64,000 nt of DNA from Octopus sinensis (taxonomy: Eukaryota): positions 81,964,001-82,028,000 of the forward strand of contig NC_043005.1 in NCBI RefSeq assembly GCF_006345805.1, given 5' to 3'. This document shows, piece by piece, positions 38,965 to 52,807 of the stretch (position 1 is its first letter; each line of letters begins with the position of its first letter). A program made the position numbers and the translations under genes. The notes beneath the pieces are model-generated. The model had not been told where the DNA came from, did no database searches, and saw only the letters and a list, made by a program, of their open reading frames with translations.

Positions 38965-39806
38965 TGGCGTAGCATCAAGGGTTTGGTTCCGTTCAAGCAA
39001 TTCGTAATGGATAATCCCTTCCCATTCCCACCATATGCACAACATCGTTTTACGCGGATGAAGATCTTGTTTAACGTGCAGTGTCGCTTATTTTCCGGGA
39101 CTAAGCCATTCCTTACGCTGCTTCATATTGATGTACAAGCACCATTTTCGTCGCCGGCAACGATTCAGTAAAGAAATCGTTGCTTGTGTCAATGAGTTGA
39201 GCGGTGACGAGCAAGCAAACCAGCGGAGATTGTGGCTCGTTGATTTTTGTTGTTGTCAGTTAAAACATGCTGAACCCATGCTCCATACTTCTGAATCTTT
39301 CCCATCGAGTGAAGATGCTTCTCTATAGCAGTGTGGGAGCATTCCATTTTCCTTGCGAGTTCCCTTGTCGTTTGACGAGAATTTTCGTGCAAAAGTTGGT
39401 TTAATCGCACTTTATCGAACTCAACTGGACAGCCAGAATGAGGTACGTCTTTGAGGTTAAAAATTCCATTTTTGAACTTGGCATACCAATCACAAGCGGT
39501 TCTCTCAGCTATGGCACCCTCTCCATACACAGCAGAATTGTCCCGAACAGCTTTTGCGGCCTTAGAACCTTAATTAAAAGAAGTAAGAAGGAATCGTCGA
39601 AAATGCTTGTTTTTCTTAACTTGACATTCCATTTTAATGATCTGAAATTAAACAAAAATTAACTAACATTAAGTAGAAAAAGAAAGAAAAGGTTCCAAAA
39701 TGATTCAAATATAGAACTCTGGAAAAAAAAAAAGATTCCAAAATTTAAAATCGCAATAAATTCCAAAATGAAAAATAAAACGGCGGGAACTTAGTTGCCA
39801 ACCGAA
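38965..39806 (-). mobile_element. Truncated mariner element (5' TIR plus N-terminal to central transposase)
   Basis: ORF 39189-39530 reads YGEGAIAERTACDWYAKFKNG...SGCPVEFD...GAWVQHVL, with YELLERNQT downstream. A TIR-like GAACTTAGTTGCCAACCGAA-TA marks the end. Confidence 0.9.
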
Positions 39807-39817
39807 TATATATATAT

Positions 39818-39872
<55 letters not shown>

Positions 39873-40501
39873 TTACCTTGATAAGATTCTTACTCAAAAT
39901 ATTTCCATGATATGAACTTTTAAAACTTTGTCGGTTTTGGGGTTTGAATCGAAATAGTCGCAGGGGTTATCTATGTTTTTTAGTATAATAATAATAATGT
40001 ATTATTATGTTAATAAATTAACAAATATTAATATAAATCAGCTTAAACTCTCAGTTTTCCTTTTATTATTGCATATATATATATATATAAATGTTTTTAT
40101 AGACCTACATACCTTCCCACCCACTAATCTGTTACATAGTTACCTCTCTACTTACGAATCTACCTACATACGTCCTGATCAACTACCTACTTACCTACTA
40201 TCTTAACTACATACATACACACACATACACTTACAATATCATTGGTTTGATGAAGTAACATCAAATTTTGTAACCTTTTTCACCTTAAACTCTCGTGTGC
40301 TGCAATCGTAATATGTAATCATATCAACTACTGATGCACACTTAGACAGGATTACATATACAAATACAGACATACGTACACAAGCATTATCGTATCTAAC
40401 GATGAAATATAATTAGTTCCCACAAAAAGACATACTGCATACATAACTACGCACGACTGCACATACATGAATAATTGCAGATATATATATATATATATAT
40501 T

Positions 40502-40532
<31 letters not shown>

Positions 40533-40547
40533 CCATATGTACATGAA

Positions 40548-40557
40548 TATCTATCTG

Positions 40558-40621
<64 letters not shown>

Positions 40622-40624
40622 GCC

Positions 40625-40702
<78 letters not shown>
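40548..40702. repeat. (TATC)n microsatellite
   Basis: Read directly from the sequence. Confidence 0.95.
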
Positions 40703-41119
40703 TTTGAAAGGATGCTACCAACGACATCATGCACTTAAGGAACTAAAGTAGCACAGTAAATGTCACAAATATTTTACTCATTTTTTAAAACTTAAGTCTT
40801 GAGTAAGTGTCATTTTTAACAATCCGTGTGAAACACTGTTCTACAGATGTGTGAAGCTCACCAGTGATTTCATAATGGATAAGCTACCAATTTAGTTATA
40901 TAGGCATGGGATATGGTTACTGCAGAGAAGGAAAGAAAGGTTCTCTGTCGTTTCGAGCACAGCTCTTCTTCAGAAACTGCAGAGAAGAGAGAGAGAGAGA
41001 GTGAGATAGTTCGGGGTAAGATGGGGACAGTTTGCATAAAATGAAAAGAAACCATTATATTTCATCTAAAGATAACATGTTTTTTTAATCAAAAGATATG
41101 TACCAGATAATGTCTAGGG

Positions 41120-41575
41120 GATAACAATTTATTCAAAGTAGCCACCCACAGATCCACGGCCACAAGACTGCTCCGCTCTCTGGCGCATGCATTCCTCACT
41201 GAGTCTCTGGGAAAACCTTCGAACACCTTGATCTTCGGTACCAGCTAGACCTTGCTGTTGCAAGGCAGTGTGTTTGATGTCTTTCTCGGCCGTGCCTCAT
41301 GGCAAAGTATTCCATAGGATTACAATCGAGTGAGATTAGGTGGTCAGAATTTGGGGCTGATGAAGTAATAGAAATTGTCCGAGAAACACTTCTGACAACG
41401 ACCGGACCCCTGCTGCCTCACCTATGGCCATTCCAGCGACAATGCTATCCAAATAAAATCTGAATTCAATAGTTTCAATTGAGAGGCCTCAATTGAGCCA
41501 TCTCGAATAAGCCTGAGACCCTGTTACATGATGTAAGACGCCATGACGTCTCCTTCACTGGAGACCCCACCCTCC
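41120..41575 (-). pseudogene. Decayed Tc1/maT (DD37D-like) transposase C-terminal half
   Basis: Minus-strand pieces read VSSEGDVMA, RQQGS, FISPKF*PPN..DCNPMEYF, VRNACAR and GGYFE*. Confidence 0.72.
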
Positions 41576-41896
41576 AAATAGATAGGTAAGTAGATAAATA
41601 TATAAATAGACAGATGGATAGATACTTAGCTAGATAAGATAATTTAAACTAAGGCGTGATTACTCATTCCATTCTATGAAAGACATATGAACAGATGTTA
41701 TTGATGTTAGGTATATGCACAGATTTACCGACATGTATACTCACAGTCACCAAAAATGCAAACCAAAAATACTTGCAACAGCCTTGATTGCCTCACACAA
41801 AATAAACTCGTCTGTTTGTTAGTAACCAGCTTGAATTCTGCATAGGAGAACATAAATAAATATGAAAGAAGTAGTTACACACACACGCACACACAT

Positions 41897-41931
41897 TTAC
41901 ATATATATATGTATATATATGTATATATATG

Positions 41932-41962
<31 letters not shown>

Positions 41963-42315
41963 GTATATATATAATATATATATATATATATGTATATTAT
42001 GTATATGTATATATATATATGTATATATATATGTATATATATATATGTATATATATATGTATATATATATGTATATATATGTATATGTTATATATGTATG
42101 TATATATGTATATATATGGTGTATATATGTATATATATATGTATAATGTATATATATGTTATATAGATATATATGTACTATATATGTATATATATATATA
42201 TGTATATATGTATATATATATGTATATATGTATATATATATGTATATATGTATATATATATGTAAATATATGTATATATGTATGTATATATGTATGTGAT
42301 ATATGTATGTATATG

Positions 42316-42360
<45 letters not shown>
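41897..42360. repeat. Long (TA)n/(TATG)n field
   Basis: Read directly; similar fields occur at 44216-44385, 46990-47230 and 59960-60420. Confidence 0.95.
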
Positions 42361-42364
<4 letters not shown>

Positions 42365-43219
42365 AAATATATGTCACGCCACATACTGGCACACACGCCA
42401 CATGCACAGGCACATATATTGTGATACAAAGACAGGTATACTAAGCGTCATTTAAGGTAGAACAAACAAAGCTGAGCAACTTGTATACATGAAATAGCAT
42501 TTAGAAGATTTATTGATATTTTCAAAGCCATATTTTGAATTTTTCATATCGGCCATTTGGGGAGAAAATGATTTACGACAAAGTGAAATTTAGGTTTACA
42601 ATACAATAATATATTATTCTAATAGACATCCTGAAGTATACACTCCCCCCTACACACACAGAGAAGCACACACGCGCCTGCGCAACCACACATGCACATA
42701 TACACATGTACATATTCATTTGTATATATACACACATATCTGCATTGCCATACATACACATACATATGCATAAGCAATATATATATCTATATATATATAT
42801 CTATATATATATATATATAATATAAATACTTATATATAAATATATATATATATATATAAACATATATATGTGTATATAATATATATGCATATTCATACAG
42901 CCGTAATTGTATTTGTATGAGTATATTTGTATGTATGTGTTTCGGTATGTATATATGTGTGTGTACGTACATATGCATATGTAATGCATATTGCGTTATA
43001 TGTATCTGATGCGGTGTAAGTTAATTATGTAGACTATGGATACGCATGTACTACAGATATGCATACATACATATACATAGATATACATGTTCTAACTTGC
43101 TATATAAAGGAATATATTACACGGGGATGTGCGCCATATAAATATAAATATGTGTATACATATATGTGTGTGTGTGTGTAGTTATATATATATATATATA
43201 TATATATAATTATCTCTAA

Positions 43220-43257
<38 letters not shown>

Positions 43258-44102
43258 TGTATGTAGAGAGTAGAAAAGTAACACATGAATTGATATGTAT
43301 AAGGAAAAGAAGACAAGATAGAAAAGTAATTTTCTTATGAAGGACATTTTAGTACCGGTTCCCGACTTTTAGACTTTTTCAACTAAGAGTAAAATAAGAA
43401 AAACAATTAAATTGGAGAGAGAAATTAAGTGAAATGTTTTGTAAATATTTCCATACTCTCCAAATACTCTCTCTCTGTGTCTTCCTCGTCGTTTGGTAGG
43501 TAGGTAGTAGTAAATCTGAAGGAATAGTATTTTGAGTACAAAGAATTGATGTTTTAATCAGGAGCAGCCAAGGGAGGAGAAGCAGAAGAAAAATAAGGAA
43601 GAGGACGGGGAAAATGAAGAGGATAAATAAAAAGGTGAAGAAGGAAGAGAAGTAGCAGTAATTGTATATTTGCGTTAGTGTCAGGGCCAAATAATACACA
43701 ATATCACACCCAATGTATATATGATTGGTAACTGTTGAAAATTACGGATAGAGAGGATTAGTCTATTACTGGAAGCTAATATACGTGTCAATGTTCAACC
43801 TTAGTATCGCACCGATTATGCAGTGTTATGATGGGCATCTTCCAGCCTTGAACAGCAATAGTTTTGTGCGTCATATTCAATATGGTTTACAGTTGATATT
43901 TTTGTTAGGTGTCAGATTGCAATCTGGTTTCAGTTCATGTTACTATTTATAAGAAAAGAAACCACTCTACTTTTCCCGGCTGCCCTTAGTAAAACTAATT
44001 AAGTCGTGAATGACATGTGCATGTATGCATAGCGCATCATAATTTTCGTGCATTTTGCTAGTGTAAATATGCTCACCCCCATAGATCCGTGTATATATAT
44101 AT

Positions 44103-44175
44103 ATATTAATAGTGATCGCCAAGCTAACATGGCAGTCCTGCACTGACGTGTTAGCTTGCCGATAACTATTAATAT
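44103..44175. other. 73-nt near-perfect hairpin
   Basis: ATATTAATAGTGATCGCCAAGCTAACATGGCAGT (CCTGC) ACTGACGTGTTAGCTTGCCGATAACTATTAATAT: 34-nt arms with 3 mismatches and 1 G-U pair. Confidence 0.8.
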
Positions 44176-44262
44176 CCAGTACCGCTGCCGTAGTCTCCTT
44201 TAGATTTCTATATTTCATATATATATATATATATATAATATATTATATATATATATATATTA

Positions 44263-44331
<69 letters not shown>

Positions 44332-44343
44332 GTATATATATAT

Positions 44344-44377
<34 letters not shown>

Positions 44378-44419
44378 CATACATACACACACACATATTT
44401 ATATATATATGCATACATA

Positions 44420-45130
44420 CATCTTGCCTGGTATTAATTTCAGTCTTCTGCGGAGATTGTCGATGCTTAATTGCCCCATTGTTGATCGTTATGGACAATT
44501 ATTTGATAGATAATATTTGAAGGAACCTACTTGGAAAATTAGTCGGGAGAGATATGCCTGAAGAATCTTTTTGGCTGTGACTACGTATTGCTAAAAGAAT
44601 TTAGATATTTAATACCGCCCCATATCGATATCCATGTTTCAATAAGAATGAATTTTACCCAGAATGTTTAAGGTTCGTGTTTTAGTAAGTGGGGAACCTC
44701 TTACTTGCCGTGGAAAAACCTATCGATATTCGTTTGAAATATTTTTTTCTGTTATTTTTCAAATTAGTAGCTGTCATGACGGCTTATGCGATGGAGTACC
44801 GGCTGGTTGAGGAATGGGTTGTACATAACCTATAGGTATGGATATTTGGCTCGCGCTCATGAAGTCACGAAATCGATTTCTGGAATGTGAATTGCCCTTG
44901 AACATGGTGATTATTTATACGTTGCTTCGATCTAGTGAACTGAAAATATATACTAGCCTTGTATGCTGTCACATTCCTTCCTATCTACAGGTGTACACTC
45001 ATAGATCATTTAATGACAGAATGGGAGAGCAGAGATCGTTTCCATGTTCTGTGCTCAACTCAATACAGGCAAATAAGTTTCTTGAATGCATGGTGTCAGT
45101 TGGTTTTGGTGTTGTATTAGATTTTGTTCA
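44420..45130 (-). pseudogene. Probable decayed Penelope-like element, RT C-terminus to GIY-YIG
   Basis: Colinear frameshifted motifs on the minus strand: KPTDT (~45100), IP..VMYNP (~44825), and SNIIYQI.CP...[12 protein letters not shown] (~44520-44440), running into (TA)n. Confidence 0.5.
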
Positions 45131-45488
45131 GTTTAAAATCAGTCATCGCTGAATAGAAGTTTTATTAAAACATTCCACCCCTAGCCATGGCATATTTCAT
45201 TTTTGTATTGCATATCCACGGCTAAATTATACAATGTGCCCTTTAGATTTAAAGACGCTAGAGCGTAATTTAAGATTCCTAGTTATAGATGTTCGACTGT
45301 AAAAGTATATGCCATCCCGTTAACACATGTCGGAATGGTTTTGAATGAAGGCTTGAGTCTGTTCTGTCATTAGCCTTGATGTCAGATTGAATAGTTTCCC
45401 CATGGTCCGCTGATACTCTCGTGCATTTGAATGTTCGTATGTGTGCGTTTGTGTTTGAGCGTGTGTGCGTGCGTGTATGTACGTATTT

Positions 45489-45540
<52 letters not shown>

Positions 45541-45993
45541 TAGCACGATACACGACATTCTTAGCCATTTCCTTCTCATTGTTTGTCTCTCTCTCAGTTT
45601 CATCCAGGAGAACAGTCTACATTATAGACATTCACTGATAACGAGAAGGCGAGCCTTGAAATCTCACGGAAGTTGACAGCATATTTTTAGTATCTGTAGA
45701 ATGTGACTTTGGTGTCTGATATTTATTCGTACACTAAATCACTGTTCCTACATTGAACTTTTAGATCGTTCGGCACCTTCTCAGTATGAACTACATTATC
45801 GAACAAAGGCAAATGATATTACGCCTATCTAAAAACAGCATCATCAGACAAAAATGTTCACTGTGCATGGAGTGAACTTTGTTGGAGATGTAAGAGCCAG
45901 ATCTGCGAGTTAAGTTCAAACTGTTTCCGACAGCTCCAAACTAGAATGGGTGGTTTTACTCCATTTTTCCATTCATAAGACTCAAAGTCAACC

Positions 45994-46305
45994 GCAGCGT
46001 GTGAGGTGTTCATAAGCCATTTACAAATACACAAAAACCGTTAGATTCACTTCAATACTAAAATTTAATTTGTCAAAATATTTTCGTCGCTTAAGAAATT
46101 TTGTCAGTGAACAGGTCGCGATCTCAAAGCGACGAAAATATTTTGACAAATTAAATTTAAGTATTGAAGTGAATCTAACGGTTTTTGTGTATTTTTAAAT
46201 GGCTTATGAACACCCTCCACGCTGCAGTTATTTTTGTTTCAGCACACGATCTCAGATCAAATCATTTTCTATGCAAGTACATCTCGTAATGAATCAAAGT
46301 GTTTC
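45994..46305 (+). mobile_element. Fold-back element with variant hammerhead (family H3)
   Basis: Arms 45994-46092 and 46127-46225 are near-perfect reverse complements. A second partial copy is inverted at 47578-47727. Confidence 0.8.
46100..46150 (+). ncRNA. Type-I hammerhead-like fold with G3-C8 swapped core
   Basis: TTTGTCA-GTGAACA-G-GTCGC(GATCTCAAA)GCGAC-GAAA-ATAT-TT-TGACAAA: 7-bp stem I, 5-bp stem II, palindromic AATATT stem III. Confidence 0.6.
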
Positions 46306-47068
46306 TTGAAACATAATGAAGCGTAAGGAGAATACATCTTATTAACTAAGGTGAATGAACTATGCGATATATCTGGAGTGATATATGGCGGAAGATGAAG
46401 GTCGCACGTTTGCGAATGCTAGTATTTCGTAGTCAGCGATGTAAAATTTATTACAACTATTTTTGTTTGCCAAATTGGCAATTGCTTTTCCATTAATCTT
46501 GTTTTGAATACTAATAGATATGTGTCTCCTTCAGGAATTACTTGTTAGTAAACCACTAGACGTTCCCTCTGTAGTTTCATCGAGTTAGGCATCGCTCGGG
46601 GTTGTGATAATATCAGAAGACTGAAAAAAAAATGATGATGATAGCCAGTCGCCAACTGATTACAGAAATGTCCTGCAGCACTTGCTGGATGTAGATAATA
46701 AACAATATGTATGTATATATGAATTAGCATTCAATGCAGCAGCCGTCAATTATATAGACTAGAAATTGCTACATGCAGCAATAACAGTAGTCTTGATACT
46801 ATCGTGTGAGATCCGATGTACACCCTCCGTTCTGACAGGAGCGCATTCTTATGTATGTAGCTTTAAAATGTTTTAGCTAGTGAGAACAAGAAAAAAAATG
46901 TATATACATATTTACATATATTTACATTTATGAATATATGCATATATGCTCTTGGTCAATGTCTGAATACATTGTGAAAATGAGATTTTATACTGGAATC
47001 GAATATGTATGCATATATATGTGTATATGTGTGTATATATACACACACACACACATATATATATATAA

Positions 47069-47109
<41 letters not shown>

Positions 47110-47577
47110 TATATGTATACACATACATACACACACACACACATATATATATGTATACACATACATACACACATATATATATATATGTATACACATACAT
47201 ACACACAAATATATATATATACACACATACGTGGGTGTATATGGGTGCAAGTGTTATCTATGTATGATGCATATACACGGAAAATGATACTGTTGATAAT
47301 GCTGAAAATCAACGAATGTATTTCGTAGTAAACTGAGCAGATAATCCGACAATATTAGTAAACACATCAATGTTATACTATTCGCCATCTCGCTGCAATG
47401 CGGTCAAGAAAGCTTCAACTAATTTTTGCAGCAATCTCGGGTTATCGCTCATGTCCAAACTTCACGACCTTCTGTTTTAAGTCCGAAATTCATGAAACGT
47501 TATGAATTGCTATTTAGTTTTTAACGAAATCCGCTCAGTTAATAAGATGTATTCTCCATTCGTTTTATTATGTTTCA

Positions 47578-47727
47578 ATAAACACTTTGATTCTTTACGA
47601 GATGTACTTGCATAGCAAATGACTTGATCTGAGATCTTGTTCTGAAACAAAAATAATTGCAGCGTGGAAGGTGTTCATAAGCCATTTTAAAACACATAAA
47701 AACCGTTAGATTCACTTCAGCATTTAA
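47578..47727 (-). mobile_element. Partial family H3 copy, followed by a family C SINE head (47735-47820)
   Basis: Reverse complement of ~46160-46305; it stops before the hammerhead. Confidence 0.8.
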
Positions 47728-48099
47728 TAGAAAATGCTTGCCCAATGTGCTACCCATTGAGATTGAACTCAGAACCATGGGGTTGGAAAGCAAACTTCTT
47801 TCTACATACCCATAACTGCGCGTCTTTCAGAATTTCCTGAGATATTTTAGATTTTATGTTTGTATCACGAGGCAATATTGAATATTAAATCGTCCCTTTG
47901 CAGAAATGGACACATGGAAAGGCATTCTTTGTTTCTTAATAGAGCTTGACGTGAGTTGAATGAAAGGGGCAGTAGATGCAAATTGCACAATGGTATTTTA
48001 TCAATAAAATGTCTTTAAATTGATTCTTCTTAGGCTAATTTTCACGATCCCTGATAAAATCTAGGTAATGTATTAGTGTTGGGTATATTTGTATGTTGT

Positions 48100-48196
48100 G
48101 GAGGCACAATAGCCCAGTGGTTAGGGCAGTGGACTTGCGGGCGTTGGGTCGCGGTTTCGATTCCAAGACTGGGCGTTTTGGGTGTTTATTGAGCGA
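48100..48196 (+). mobile_element. Family V SINE head fragment
   Basis: GGAGGCACAATAGCCCAGTGGTTAGGGCAG...GGTTTCGATTCC matches the copy at 16152. Confidence 0.8.
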
Positions 48197-49031
48197 CAAC
48201 TGGAACCCTCGTCGTTGTAATTTATGGAGTGACACGATATTTGTATGTCACTACTTCATACAAAAATATCTGTACTTCTATGCTGTTTATATACATAAAC
48301 ACGAACTGCCACATACGCAGTGAGCCTTTACACAAAGTTTTGATGGGCTGTCACGCAACTACTTTTCCTAATTTGCCAAACAGTTTTCTAAAGCATACCA
48401 CATAGTATTATGTTGTACATGAGCCCATCAACTACTACGTTAACAGACAGCGTGTATGTATGTGTATGTTTGTGTTAATGCATACATGTGTGCATATATA
48501 TATATATATGTTTACATAGTTGTATAGTTATATATTATGCGTACACACACACACGCACTCATATATATGTACATGCATGTATGTGTGTACGCATGTGTGT
48601 TACTCAAAATATTGAATAAAATGTCAACGCTACAATATGAATTCGTCCAAACGTGACTGTTATGATATATTTGGTTCACACAGACAATGGCGTAAGAAAA
48701 CTAAAGAAGATAATCTGTTGTATTACACTGTCTGGACATAGAATGTAATACCAGTCTGCCTCTTAGTCAGGTTCTTCTTCCTCTTCTTTTTCTTCTTCTT
48801 CTTAGTGAAAGAGAGAGGGAGAAAAAGAGAGAGAGAGCACAAATAGAATTCAGAAATGAGAGACGTGAATTTAAATTCATTGACTTATACCATCTCCAGC
48901 CATTTGTTTACGTTGTCTTTTCTTTTCAACAACTCTTTCTTATCACATTTTCGAATGTACATACACACATTCTCTCTCTCTCTCTCTCTCTCTCTCACAT
49001 AAAGTCAAAGTGCCACAGCAGACTTTATATA

Positions 49032-49063
<32 letters not shown>

Positions 49064-49247
49064 TCTTTAAGCTCTTGCTGCTTTGTATCAACATTTTTCT
49101 GGTCTGTTGTCCTACTTCTTTAGTTTTTGATTTCTTCCTCATGTATGTTTTTTAACTAATCGCCATGTTTACAGAATGCGTTTTCGATTCCTGTGGACTG
49201 CTTTCGACTTTTCCTTTCACACTTTTTAAAACTTAAAATCTATACGC

Positions 49248-49986
49248 TCGTTCTTCTGAGATGTCCTCCGTTCTCGTAAGGTTGAACATGTTAAATAGTT
49301 CATGGTTCATGCTTATTACATACATTCCATAATATTGTCTTCATTTGGTGACCTTGTTATTGGTAGATAGAATAACAATTAATGGTTTCTAGTTTTGACA
49401 GATTGTGTGGCATATGTGTGTGGGTGAGTGTATGTGTGTGTGTAGGAGTGAGTGGACAAACAAACTAAAAAGCAATATGTACTACGCGCTCAGCTGATAA
49501 GGGTCACACACACACACACACACATTATTTATAACATTTTGGTTCGGCTGCATATGACAAAGTTTCGCAGACGTCTAACGGAAACACATCGTTAATGTAA
49601 AGTCCGTTTGTAATCCATAAATCCTGAAAGTGACGGACTTCTGTAAGAGACCCGAGAAATTTTAAGTCACATGGAGCCGAATAAACTGTTTAAAATGATA
49701 CTTGAAACTCCTACTAAATGTATTGAGTGCCATTTTCTTTTGTTTGTCCACTCACCCCTGCACACACACACATACACACACTCACACACATATGCCACAC
49801 AACCTATTAAAATTAAAAACTATTAATTGTCATTCTATCTACTATAATAAGATCACCAAGCGAAGACAATATTATAGAATGTATGTAATAAGACAATATT
49901 ATGGAATGTATGTAATATGTAATGAACCATGAACTCTTTAACGTGTTCAACCTTACGACAACACAGAGGACATCTCAGAAGAACGA
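49248..49986. repeat. ~740-bp fold-back inverted duplication
   Basis: TCGTTCTTCTGAGATGTCCTC / GAGGACATCTCAGAAGAACGA at the ends. Pairing continues inward, with indels, to AAGTCCGT/ACGGACTT around a ~25-nt loop. Confidence 0.88.
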
Positions 49987-50569
49987 GATACCGGATATAA
50001 CATTCATGTTCAATAAGCATATCAAACATATATTCCCCTCATCAGCTGCCAAGTTCATATCGCTATAGTTTCGAAACTTAGGCAGGCGGTACCAATAGCG
50101 TTAAAAATATAAACACTGTTAGAGAATCAACAGAGAAGTAGCGAAACACTAGCGTGATATGTGCGGTACGTTTACATTTATTTAAAATGTAGTATCTATA
50201 GAAAAGGGAAATTAGTCCCCTCAAAAGACTTTGCTACCTCAAAAACTACAGAATAAAGTAGAACCAGCAGGCTATATTTATTGAGAAACATTGACTGAAT
50301 CACTGTTGCATAACGCAATGGATAGCAAACTTACAGATTAATTCATGAACATAGACCAATATATGTGCTGTTTTGCACTCTTTAACACTTTCCAAACATT
50401 GAAATACACCAAGAATGGACCGAATGTAAACTAACGGAACCTTTTGACCAGCGACCTTGAACCGCACAGAAGGAAATAAAATACAAATGATAAATATCTA
50501 TTAAATATATGTCTAATGATAGAAAATAAATTAACCAAACAAATTGCTAATTAAAAGTAAATAGAATGT

Positions 50570-51600
50570 AAAGAAATATATGCTATACATATGACAAACC
50601 TTCCAAATTATAACAAATCACTAAATAAATAAAAGGACGTGATTGCAAACAAACTCAATAGATTTCCATTTAAGCATACAGCATTAAATGCTTACAGTTT
50701 GGACATAACCCAAACAAAACCAATAACTAATGAATAAACATAATTATAGAATATATTTAAACTAATATTTTCACCTGATACGCATACAAAGATGGCTAAA
50801 ACAAACAAATCACGTTGAAAATATTTTTCATTAAAATCAAGTAAAGTCCATTTGCTGCGAAGAAAATAACGAAATCACTCACGTGTTAGCGACATCGCTG
50901 CGAAAAACCAAAAGACGGTTAACATTCAACAGGTAGAAGTCCATTCCATCCTCCTAACGGAAGTGATGCTGCAAACAATACGATATAACAACCAATTCAT
51001 AAACTGCAAAATAGCGACTTCACTTTCACACTTAATTAAAACAAACAGCGTCTAAGAACTCCGCTGAATTGCAAACTGGCGACCATTCCATATTTTCTCA
51101 AAATTTCACTCTCCTTCCCAAAGCCACAGTTAGAACATTTACTTAATCTATTCTTATGGTAATCCTGTTTCTCCATTTGTATAGATAACTTTTTAATTCT
51201 CTCCAAGCGCATTCCAACTTCATTTATAATTCTACTTTATCTAATAACCTGAATTCTTACAATGAATTTTACTTTTCGCCGAGGGTAAAAATCAATGCGA
51301 AAATAAAGAACTTGCCATAAAACATTTTTTTTTTCATTTAGACTTAAAGTCTAAAAGTTAACCCTACCTATCATGTTACCATTTCTAGTCGCTTCTAGAC
51401 CATTCGGATAGATTTTCTCAAGAAAATATTCGAAATAGTTTTAGTTATGAATAGCAATATCATCGATGTATTTGCAACATCTGCTGAGTTGTTTGATTAA
51501 ACCTTTTACCTTCGGTATAGATAATTTTTTCGCATGAAAACAAATGAAAAACCCACTAATGAAGAGCTGCAATTAACCGCTCCCAGAAACATTGGAATTC
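50570..51600 (+). pseudogene. Possible very old Penelope-like RT remnant
   Basis: Colinear faint motifs: SLDIT; DFTF...KQRLRTPLNCKLATI (cf. YFTF..YKQ..GTPMG..AP); CIDNFL (cf. YIDD); NNLNS; LPFL. A decayed hammerhead-like motif follows at 51553-51595. Confidence 0.35.
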
Positions 51601-52807
51601 CCTTAAATGTCTAAAATCTTTCCCCAGCTAATGTAGTACATGCGATATTATCCATAATACAGGCCATTCCTTTAGACTACTTTTACTAAATCACTATTAT
51701 AACTGCACTTGTACAAAGACAACATTCGCCGTTTCTATGGAATACTTACAACCTTTATTAAACACTGTATCAGTAACTCTAGATATACCTTCTTCGACTC
51801 TTTTCAAATTAAAATTAGAATGCAGTATAGGAAAATCATTGGCATGCATGGTTTGAACTACTTTAGTTCTTTACAACTTGTTGAAAAATTTAATTTCTCG
51901 ATCTTATACTCGAAAACAAGCTATGCCTGTAGGGTTAGAATTTATGTGCGTCAGTAGTTTGTGCGTTTGCTTTATATTACAGACAGGATTGTCTTGGTCT
52001 TTAAACATTTTTTTTAATGAATTTTTTTCGTGTTTAGTTAAGAAATCCGTATATTTAGTCTGGAGCGACGTCGTTTGTAAGTCTATTAAAATTTCGAAAC
52101 CATCCCGGTGTCGTCTTCTGCAAGAAGTTGTAATAGTAACGTTACGATTGCTCTGTTCCCTGTGGAGGCATCAGTTGATCACAGAAATGAAACTGTACCT
52201 GATGAAACCTGCGTTTGACTAGAAAGTGTTAAACCGTTAACTCCAAGTTATTTAAATAGTTTATTGCAGGATTACCGTATCTGTGTTTCAAAATTTTGTT
52301 TGTATTCCGCATTGAATAGAACTTCCATTGCTAAGCTCGTAGTTATTATATATCTATGGATATCTACAGAGAATTGTTGATATCAGCGAACGTTTTCTGT
52401 TTAGCTAATGTTATCTGCTAATGATTTTTTTTTTCTCTATCAACTTTTTTTTCCTGTATGTGTGTACACACACACACACACACTTACGCAAGTACGCGCG
52501 CACACACATACACACACACAGACAGATAAATGGATACACACGCGGTTCGGCCGAAAATTTGCAACTCCAACGTCCAAGGCACGATTTCACGGTGTGGCGT
52601 GATGGTAAAATGTCACATATATTGCCTCCCTTCTACAAATGTATGCGAGTAAAATTAGGTAGATGGAAACTTTATTGAAGCTCTTCACCCTACATTTAGG
52701 CACACGAGAACGGATGCGCGCACACGCACACAACAAACACAGACACACACACATTTGAACGTATATGTATGTGACATGTATAGATGTATACATGTATCTC
52801 TATATAC

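Noticed and set aside
50561-50583. TAGAATGTAAAGAAATATATG resembling miR-1
   Set aside because: The seed is mismatched and there is no complementary arm.
50883-50897. 15-nt microexon-like segment on minus (TTTTCGCAG|...|GTGAGT)
   Set aside because: No host gene was identified and it lies within a probable old PLE remnant, so a chance match is likely.
51553-51595. Hammerhead-like CTAATGAAGAGC..GCTC..GAAACATT
   Set aside because: G5 is mutated and the stem register is broken, so it is at most a dead remnant.
2334-52230. Other CTGATGA hits (2334, 10407, 11094, 41357, 52199)
   Set aside because: They lack correctly placed stems, GAAA and NUH.
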